Shown here in pieces: positions 1-7,088 of a stretch of 64,000 nt of DNA. A program made the translations under genes and the position numbers. Every line of letters begins with the position of its first letter. Positions within the stretch are counted from its first letter, which is position 1. Source of the stretch: Thermoproteus sp. Its GTDB lineage: Archaea > Thermoproteota > Thermoprotei > Thermoproteales > Thermoproteaceae. The DNA lies in the NCBI GenBank assembly GCA_049976425.1, contig JBMFIG010000001.1:1-64000 (forward strand). Reading direction: 5' to 3'. The notes beneath the pieces were generated by a model. The model did no database searches, had not been told where the DNA came from, and was given only the letters and a program-made list of their open reading frames with translations.

Positions 1-65
1 CCCTACGGGTCTGGAGCCACGGCGGCGTTCACCTCCGCCGCTCTGCCTTGCTGAGCTACGGGCCC
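1..65 (-). tRNA. tRNA-Trp(CCA), 5' part (3' end runs off the window), with a ~17-nt non-canonical intron in the anticodon stem (about 29/30; window 19-35)
   Basis: Reverse complement reads GGGCCCGTAGCTCAGCAAGGCAGAGCGGCG[GAGGTGAACGCCGCCGT]GGCTCCAGACCCGTAGGG: acceptor stem, D arm, anticodon loop CTCCAGA. TATA-like TTAAAAA lies ~25 nt upstream. Confidence 0.9.
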
Positions 66-129
66 TTTACGTATATTGTTAGTAGTTTTTAAGCTTTTTC
101 CTCGCTTAACCCTCTCGAGGGGGGTCGAT

Positions 130-470
130 ATAGGCGCAGACTGCTGAGGGTCGCGTCGAGGAGGCGCTGAGGGAGAGGGGCAAGAGGAGGGAGCACTTGG
201 TCGTGAAGGCTGTCGTGGAGGAGGGATGGGGATTGCAACGGAGAGTGAGGTGGGGTTCTACAAAGCCAGAGGCGGCGAGGCTACGTAAACATATGCGCGC
301 CGGGACTGAGGGCAGGCGGGAGGCGGACTATATACGTGCCGTCTTGCTGAAGGTTCTCGGAATAGAAACTGTTCAGAGAAAGAGAAAAGCCCAAGCAGAT
401 ACGCCTGGCGGGCGGTGCGCTCGAGGCCTTGACGAGGCTTGAGCCCGTCTGCAGGTCGTTGGCTTCTGCG
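130..470 (+). pseudogene. Degenerate PaREP2b-like fragment next to the tRNA
   Basis: Broken frames give EGRREADYIRAVLLKVLGIE and RLAGGALEALTRLEPVC, which resemble Thermoproteales PaRep2b repeats. No intact ORF. Confidence 0.45.
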
Positions 471-521
471 GAGAGGCCCGCAACGGGAAGGCGGAGGATG
501 GACAGCTAGATGCTCGCGCCT

Positions 522-1415
522 TTATCGGCTGTCCTCGGCAGTCTGAACGGCGCATGCGTTGAGCCGTCCGACCAAGCCGGGGCCGTAATAGAGCACGCCC
601 GTCAAGACCTCCACGGCGTCCGCCAGCCTCATAACGGCCTTTACCTGCTTACAGCTCATGATGCCGCCGACGGCTATGATGGGCGTGTCCTTGCCGAGGT
701 AGGCCCTGGCCCTCTCGAGCATCTTCATCATGAGGGGGTAGAGCCAGAGGCCGCTTATCCCTCCTCTCCCGACCCCTATACGCCGGTCGTCTACCGGGAG
801 CGTGTTGGTGAGGACTAGGCCGTGTCCTCCCCTTCTGGCCAGGTCCAGATAGGCTCTGAGATCCGACGTGGGGCCTATCTTTATGAATATAGGCTTTCTA
901 GAGCTGAGGAGAGGCGCCGCTCTGTCCCAGGCTCCTTTGTAGGTGGGGCTGGAGAGGTTGACCTCTATCGCCCTCACGTTGTGTCCGTGCCTCTCGACGT
1001 AGCGTATCTGCGCCAGGAGCTCCTCCGCCGTGAAGCCGGCGATGCTGACGAAGATGGGATATTCCACCTCGGACACCCTGGCGAGCACGACGGGGAGCCC
1101 GGGGCTGGGGAGGCCCATCGCGTTCACCAAGGAGCGGGGCTTGAGCCTCGCGGTGAGCGGGGGCTTGTTGCCCTCTCTGCGCCTCGCGGTGGTGGAGCCG
1201 ACGACTATGAAGCCGGGGCAGAAGGCCGACAGCGCCCTCGTGTAGAGGCCTTCCTTGTCTAGGCCGGCCGCTATGCCCACGGGCCCGTTGATCTCGACGG
1301 GGCCCACGCGCCATCTGGCCTCAGCCCTGCAGGGGGGTAGGGGTATTGAGAAGAGGGCCTTGCCGAGCCTCCTGGTGATCTCCGACGGTATTAGCTCGAC
1401 CAGCCGGGCTAGCAC
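522..1415 (-). CDS. pyrD: Dihydroorotate dehydrogenase
   Basis: GIAAGLDK, NAMGLPSPG, EVNLSSP, GGISG and IIAVGGI motifs; overlaps pyrE. Confidence 0.9.
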   Translation of the reverse strand: MLARLVELIPSEITRRLGKALFSIPLPPCRAEARWRVGPVEINGPVGIAAGLDKEGLYTRALSAFCPGFIVVGSTTARRREGNKPPLTARLKPRSLVNAMGLPSPGLPVVLARVSEVEYPIFVSIAGFTAEELLAQIRYVERHGHNVRAIEVNLSSPTYKGAWDRAAPLLSSRKPIFIKIGPTSDLRAYLDLARRGGHGLVLTNTLPVDDRRIGVGRGGISGLWLYPLMMKMLERARAYLGKDTPIIAVGGIMSCKQVKAVMRLADAVEVLTGVLYYGPGLVGRLNACAVQTAEDSR

Positions 1416-1990
1416 TTGAACTTCTCTACATATTCGCGGACTTCGCGGTAGCGGGCCGGCCCTATGAGGTCCTTTATCTCTTCCAGGACATCGCCTATCT
1501 TGTAGGCCGCCCTCACCGGCGTCCCGGTCTCCCGCTCAACTCTCTGGGCGCCGCACTGCTGTCTGTCGAGGAACACCGCGGCGGCCACCACGTTGGCCCC
1601 CGCCTCCTTGAGCTTGTCGATGGCCTCGACGATGGACTCGCCGGTGGTTATGACGTCGTCGATCACCACGGCGCGCGCTCCCTGCCAGACAGCCCCCTCT
1701 ATCTCCCTCTTGGAGCCGTACCACTTCCTGCTCTCCCTGACGTAGGCTATCGGGCGGAACATGTTGAAGCCCAGTATGGACGCGTAGGGTATGCCGCCCG
1801 TGGCGATCCCCACTATTACGTCGAAGTCGATGTCCCTCAAGAGGTTGCCGTATTTGCCTATCACCCATCTCAACAGATCGGGGTGGGCGAGCACTTGTCT
1901 GAGGTCCACGTAGTAGGGGCTACGGATGCCGCTGGACAGCTGGAAGTCGCCGAACTTGATTATCTCGCGCTTTACGAATTCGTCCCACAC
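1409..1990 (-). CDS. pyrE: Orotate phosphoribosyltransferase
   Basis: FQLSSGIRSPYYVDLR; PRPP-binding motif VVIDDVITTG. Confidence 0.95.
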   Translation of the reverse strand: MWDEFVKREIIKFGDFQLSSGIRSPYYVDLRQVLAHPDLLRWVIGKYGNLLRDIDFDVIVGIATGGIPYASILGFNMFRPIAYVRESRKWYGSKREIEGAVWQGARAVVIDDVITTGESIVEAIDKLKEAGANVVAAAVFLDRQQCGAQRVERETGTPVRAAYKIGDVLEEIKDLIGPARYREVREYVEKFKC

Positions 1991-2137
1991 GTCGACCTAT
2001 AGGATCGCGTTAAAAAACTATGTTGGTTAACCAACGTAGGGACGAGATGTCTTGCTCGAGCTCTGAGCCCCATGCCTTGGGAGCCGGCTATAGAAGCCTT
2101 CGCGGCCAATTTTTTAAACAAGCGCGCGGGCGGAAAT

Positions 2138-2586
2138 ATGGCTGGCCCCAGAGACCCCGGAATAGGCGTCCGCCTCATGTAGTCGCATCTCACCTATTTC
2201 TAACCGATGGCGGGAAGATCCTCTTCCTAAAACGTAGGAATACGGGCTACTTCGACGGCTTTTACAGCGTGCCGGCTGGCCACGTGGAGGAGGGAGAGAC
2301 GGCCGCGCAGGCGATGATCCGCGAGGCGAGGGAGGAGTTGGGGATCACGCTGAGGGCTTTGGAGTTCGCCTACGTCATGCATAGGTTCGAAGGCCACTAC
2401 CGCGTCGACTTCTTCTTCAAGGCTCTGGACTACGAGGGGGTCCCAGTGAACGCAGAGCCCGAGAAGGCGGAGCACCTAGCGTATTTTAGGCCGGACTCTC
2501 TGCCAGATAACGTGGTCCCCTACGTCAGAAAGGCCGTGATCGAGCACTTCCTATATGGCAAGACATACGGCGAGTTTTTCCTATAA
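2138..2586 (+). CDS. Nudix hydrolase; probable 1-bp frameshift near the 5' end
   Basis: Nudix box GHVEEGETAAQAMIREAREELG. The promoter-proximal ATG at 2138 is out of frame with the domain. Confidence 0.8.
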
Positions 2587-3583
2587 CGTCCTCGTCGCCT
2601 ATCTGGCCCTAGTACAAGCCTCGTACGCCTCAGACGCCGTATATCTCGCGTATGTCTTGAACCCGATTAGATTCTTCGAGGTCTTCTTTTGGTACTACCT
2701 CTCGCTGGCCTTGTCGCGGATAGCCTACGGCTACCTTCTCGACGTGGTGAGCGGCGGCTACCTGCTCCGCGCCTCTCTGGCGATGCAGATAGCCGCGAGC
2801 GCGCTCACCGGCTTCTCCGACGACTACGTCGCCCTCTCCATCGGCCGCCTCTTGAGGGAGATCGCCACCAGCGCTATGATGGTCGGTGTGTTGGAGGGCT
2901 CTACGCACCCGCATTTCAGAAGGCTATACGGGCTGACAGAGCTGGCGATGGCGGCCGGCTTCCTCTCGGCATATATAATCCCAAGGCCGCTTGCGTATTC
3001 CATATACATAGCCCTCGCCGCGTTGTTCCTCCCGATCAAGACGCGTGGCGCACGCGCCGGCTTCAAGCCGACGATCTCCCGCAGAATCGTGCCGGTGGCG
3101 ATCTCGGAGTTCTTCCTCAACATGGGGCTGGCCCTCACCGTCCCGGTGGCCCTGAAGATCTCAGCGGGCGAGTCCTTGCTCCCTATCGCGCTGTCCGCCG
3201 CGGTGTTGATAAGGGCGCTCGCGCAACTCATCGCTAGAGTAGAACTAGGGGCTGGGGAAATCGCTGCGTTTAGGCTCGTCGAAGCCCTGCTTCTCTACTC
3301 GCTCTCGGCCCTCCGCGGGATCCACGCCCTCCTCGTTTATCTAGTCGTCAACATCATAGCCGGCGTATATAGGGCCTCCGTCGGGCTTATCATACGAAGA
3401 TCCGCGGAGAGAGGCGGAGACCTAGGGTTCCATTACTTCTTAAGAGATGTCGGTGCGTTTACCGGGACAGTGCTCGGCATATACGCTCCCGGTACTATAT
3501 TCGCCGCCATCGCGGCGGCCTATTCGCTGTCGGCATTGGTGCTGGTCGTCATTAAGCCGGGCCGCGCCGCCATCGCGCCTTAG
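2555..3583 (+). CDS. MFS-like membrane transporter
   Basis: 342 aa with ~10-12 hydrophobic segments; GYLLD resembles MFS motif A. Confidence 0.7.
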   Translation: MARHTASFSYNVLVAYLALVQASYASDAVYLAYVLNPIRFFEVFFWYYLSLALSRIAYGYLLDVVSGGYLLRASLAMQIAASALTGFSDDYVALSIGRLLREIATSAMMVGVLEGSTHPHFRRLYGLTELAMAAGFLSAYIIPRPLAYSIYIALAALFLPIKTRGARAGFKPTISRRIVPVAISEFFLNMGLALTVPVALKISAGESLLPIALSAAVLIRALAQLIARVELGAGEIAAFRLVEALLLYSLSALRGIHALLVYLVVNIIAGVYRASVGLIIRRSAERGGDLGFHYFLRDVGAFTGTVLGIYAPGTIFAAIAAAYSLSALVLVVIKPGRAAIAP

Positions 3584-3821
3584 CTGAGAACATAATTGAG
3601 CTGGCACGTGCCTCCGCGGCGCACCGCGTCGTTTATGCTTTGGAAGTATATAAGGAGGGGCAGAGGCCGTATTTCAACGAACTAACAACGTGGCGTTATG
3701 GCTACGTATAGAGGCGGGCAGACCTGGCACGTTCAGGCCATAGAATTGACCGCTCAGAAAACCGGCCAAATCCCTTTTCCGACATAAAATGGGTGATTTA
3801 CCGAGCCTCAAACCCGATACC

Positions 3822-5546
3822 CTAAAGGAGGCGGCCCGGCGCGGCGGTCCTCTTCCAGCCGGTCAGAGATACGCCGGTTATCTTGGTCCACATCTTGGGG
3901 TCTATCCTGAAGGACTGCTCTATCCTCTCCCTGTGGAAGTTGTTGTACGTGCAGAACGGTATGACCCTTCCATCGGGGGTGGCGTAGTGTATGTCGCAAC
4001 GCTGTATCCTCTCCACGTCGAAGTTCATCACGTCCATGAAGTGCATTATGCCCAGGCCCACTATGTTGAAGAAGAACTGGCCCAACGAGTCGTAGTCTTT
4101 CTTCACCAGGAAGTCCTGTATAAGTCCTCTTATCTTCCTGTGCTTGACTGTCCTCAAGAGCTTCATGGCCTTCGTCGCCGCCACGGCTTTCCAGACCGTC
4201 TTCCCCCTCTTGGCGGTTCTGTAGACGTCCCAGGCTATCCTCTCGAAGGCGTCGACGTCGACGAGCTTCGTGATCGGGTATATCCTCTTCTCGTCCTCAT
4301 CGTAGTATATGAACGTCGCGGCGCCGCACACGGGGTTCATGGAGAAGAGCGGCTTGGGCGAGTTGGTGAGCGCCTCCACCATCTTGGCCACGGCCACGGG
4401 CCAGTTGGTGGGCCTCCAGTCCCATCTGCTTATCAAGCCGCCGGTCTGCCTCTCTATCTCTATGATGGTGTCGGGTATGGTTATCCTGAACTTCCTCAGC
4501 TCCTCCTTGCTGTAGAGCCTCGCGCGGCCGGCGAACGACACCGGCTGTATGTTGATCCACCTGATGACGTCTCTGTTCTGTATGGCGAAGTCCAGTATCT
4601 TGCCTAGGTCCTTGTCGTTGTAGCCCTTGGCCAAGGTGACCACGGGGACTATGGATCTGTGGCCCAGCTTGCGGGCCACCTCGATCAGCCTGCGCCTGAC
4701 GGCCGCGTAGGCCTTGGGGTTGTACATGCGGTGCCTCACGACCCCTTCGTTGCCCTCGTCTATAGTGTCGAACTGGAGGTACAACGTGGAGAGGCCGGCG
4801 TCAAGCAAAGCCTTGTAGAACTCCGGCTCGTTGGCGAGCCTTATGCCGTTGGTGTTCACCTCTATGTGGGTGAAGCCGAGCTTCTTGGCCATTCTGACTA
4901 TCTCGGGCAGGTCGTCCCTCAAGGTGGGCTCGCCTCCGGAGAGCTGTAGGGCGTTGGGCGGCCAGGGCCTCTGCGCCCTCAGAGTCCTCAACATGTACTC
5001 TATCTGCTCCAGGGTGGGCTCGTAGACGTAGCCCGCGGCGCCGGCGTTGGCGAAGCACACGGGGCAGGCCATGTTGCATCTGTTCGTCACGTCTATTATG
5101 GCCAGCACGGTGTCCGATTTGTGGACCGGGCAGAGGCCGCAGCCCATCGGACAGGACCCCATCTCTGTGTAGAACTGGAGGTCTGTGTAGGGGTTGGCGA
5201 GCCCCTTGGCTATATACTCGGGCGTGTCCCACTGGAGGAAGTAGTAGTACATCTCCGCGTCGCCCCAATAGAGGTCCTCGAAGACGCCGTGCTCCGGGCA
5301 GACCTTCTTCAGCCATATGGCGCCGTTCTCCTCGTATACGGCCATGGGTATCCTCCTGTTGCAGACGGGGCACACCGACAGGGAGGTCTTCACGACCCTC
5401 ACGTGCTCCGGCAGGGCAAACTGCCTCTTGACGGCGTTCTGCCAGGCCTCGTTCAGCAGAGTGGACTTATACCTGCTGGGGAGGTTAAACTTGCTTAGGT
5501 CCACCAGCCTGGTGGGCCTCGCGAGCTCCAGCACTTGCTTGCTCAT
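3822..5546 (-). CDS. tes: Tetraether lipid synthase (Tes/GDGT-MAS-type radical SAM enzyme)
   Basis: N-terminal CPVC...CPEH metal site, CPMGCGLCPVH cluster, radical SAM motif CNMACPVC, C-terminal RCDIHY...PFCTYN; 574 aa. Confidence 0.85.
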   Translation of the reverse strand: MSKQVLELARPTRLVDLSKFNLPSRYKSTLLNEAWQNAVKRQFALPEHVRVVKTSLSVCPVCNRRIPMAVYEENGAIWLKKVCPEHGVFEDLYWGDAEMYYYFLQWDTPEYIAKGLANPYTDLQFYTEMGSCPMGCGLCPVHKSDTVLAIIDVTNRCNMACPVCFANAGAAGYVYEPTLEQIEYMLRTLRAQRPWPPNALQLSGGEPTLRDDLPEIVRMAKKLGFTHIEVNTNGIRLANEPEFYKALLDAGLSTLYLQFDTIDEGNEGVVRHRMYNPKAYAAVRRRLIEVARKLGHRSIVPVVTLAKGYNDKDLGKILDFAIQNRDVIRWINIQPVSFAGRARLYSKEELRKFRITIPDTIIEIERQTGGLISRWDWRPTNWPVAVAKMVEALTNSPKPLFSMNPVCGAATFIYYDEDEKRIYPITKLVDVDAFERIAWDVYRTAKRGKTVWKAVAATKAMKLLRTVKHRKIRGLIQDFLVKKDYDSLGQFFFNIVGLGIMHFMDVMNFDVERIQRCDIHYATPDGRVIPFCTYNNFHRERIEQSFRIDPKMWTKITGVSLTGWKRTAAPGRLL

Positions 5547-5567
5547 TGCGCCTGCCGGGTCTCCTGT

Positions 5568-5582
5568 TTAAAAATTTTTTAA
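5568..5582. promoter_or_regulatory. Palindromic bidirectional TATA region between tes and the TrmB gene
   Basis: TTAAAAA-T-TTTTTAA centred in a 54-bp divergent intergenic spacer. Confidence 0.55.
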
Positions 5583-5600
5583 TAGAATTCCGTTAATACC

Positions 5601-6317
5601 GTGAATAAGGCCGTCCTCAAAGCTCTGGGGCTGGACGAGCGGGATCTGGCAATCTACGCGCTCTTGGTCGAGAAAGGCCCGCTCACAGCCAGGGAAATTG
5701 CCGAGAACGTCGGCGTGCCCTACACCAAGATATACCAGCACCTCGACGCGCTTGAGGGGCGGGGCTTCGTGGAGCGCATAGAGGGGCGCCCCGCCAGATA
5801 CGCCGCCAGGCCGCCTGCCGAGGTCTACAGAGGCTTGGTCTCCTACGCCTCGGCCGCCCTCAAGGCCTTAAAGGAGCACATGGACCTCCTGCAGACTCTC
5901 TACGAGAGCAGACACGGGAAGGCCTCGACCACCTTCATAGCCTTGATAAGAGGCGATAAGGTTATGGAGCTACTCGAGGAGGTCATAAGGTCCGGCGAGT
6001 CGGCTGTGTACGTGGCGTTGCCCTATCCGGAGCTCGCCGCGCCGAGGGTCATAGCCGCTATCGAGGAGGAGTCCAAGAGGATCGAGGTCAAGCTCCTCTT
6101 GACCAAGAGGCTCGCCAAGTACGTCTATCTGCCTCCCCGGGTCGACGTGAGGGCCCTGGAGGATATGTTCGGCGGAGGCGCTCTGGGGAACTCGGCCCTT
6201 CTGGCGGTGAGGCACGGCGAAGGCCTCCTCGGAATACACAGCAACGAGCGCTACCTCCTCGACATAGCCAAGACGTATTTCAACTATCTGTGGGACAGGG
6301 CCGAGCCGGTCGGGTAG
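5601..6317 (+). CDS. TrmB-family transcriptional regulator
   Basis: N-terminal wHTH (GPLTAREIAENVGVPYTKIYQHLDALEGRGFV, GRPARY) plus PLD-like effector domain. Confidence 0.9.
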   Translation: MNKAVLKALGLDERDLAIYALLVEKGPLTAREIAENVGVPYTKIYQHLDALEGRGFVERIEGRPARYAARPPAEVYRGLVSYASAALKALKEHMDLLQTLYESRHGKASTTFIALIRGDKVMELLEEVIRSGESAVYVALPYPELAAPRVIAAIEEESKRIEVKLLLTKRLAKYVYLPPRVDVRALEDMFGGGALGNSALLAVRHGEGLLGIHSNERYLLDIAKTYFNYLWDRAEPVG

Positions 6318-6371
6318 GCCCCGGCGTCCGGCGAGGCCGCGAGGGTTATATACCTGGGCGTACCGACGTCC

Positions 6372-6424
6372 GTGATGACTAGAGGTGAGCCCTCTGAATA
6401 GATGAGGCGGGTCTGGAGCGCTGA
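6372..6424 (+). ncRNA. C/D box sRNA; D guide complementary to the tRNA-Trp anticodon arm
   Basis: C GTGATGA (6372), D' CTGA (6394), C' GATGA (6401), D CTGA (6421). Own TATA (GTTATATA, ~6346). Guide 6408-6419 is identical to window 6-17. Confidence 0.9.
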
Positions 6425-6425
6425 T

Positions 6426-7088
6426 TTATAGGTATACGTACTCCATCCAGTCCAGTTGCGGAAGGGCGGACACCAGTCCGCTTATTATGCGCCGGTACAG
6501 GGTCTCCGTTTCGACGACCTTAGCCCTTGCCGACGTTGTGCTTCCGACCACCCTCACAAACGCTCTGTACCTCTCCCCGGAGACCCGGCGGGCTGTGATG
6601 GAGATCTCCTCCACTGCGGGGGGCAGAGGGAACGGGGGAGGCCTCTTGGCCACGTATTGAGGAGGTATGGGGCTGGCCCTCGCCATTATCTTGCCTATTC
6701 CCTGGGCCGGACGCCTCTGGCGGCCTCTACGGCCGACTACGTGTATCAGCGAGGGGCGAGATTTCAGCGCCAGCAGGTATAACAACGTGGTGTAGTCCAG
6801 CGCCTTGTGCAGAGCCTGTACCGACTCCAGCTTTATCTCCCTGGCGTCGATCTCCAACGAGAGCCTCCTACATCCATTCAATTCCCTTGATATAAACTCC
6901 ATCAAGTTCTCGTAGAGGGCGACCGCGTCGTACAACACGACGACCTTTCCGTAGTCGTTGAAGGCCAGGCCGTAGGGCTCTACTCTGGCCACGACGTAGT
7001 TGTCGCCCCTATAGACGCCCACCTCGCCGAGGTCCGAGACCACGAAAACGCCGCAGTTCTCCTGCATCGCCTCAATCCTTTCCCGCAA
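6426..7088 (-). CDS. Hypothetical protein overlapping the arcadin-4 stop
   Basis: 220-aa ORF, co-directional with arcadin-4, 17-bp overlap; no recognisable motif. Confidence 0.7.
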   Translation of the reverse strand: MRERIEAMQENCGVFVVSDLGEVGVYRGDNYVVARVEPYGLAFNDYGKVVVLYDAVALYENLMEFISRELNGCRRLSLEIDAREIKLESVQALHKALDYTTLLYLLALKSRPSLIHVVGRRGRQRRPAQGIGKIMARASPIPPQYVAKRPPPFPLPPAVEEISITARRVSGERYRAFVRVVGSTTSARAKVVETETLYRRIISGLVSALPQLDWMEYVYL

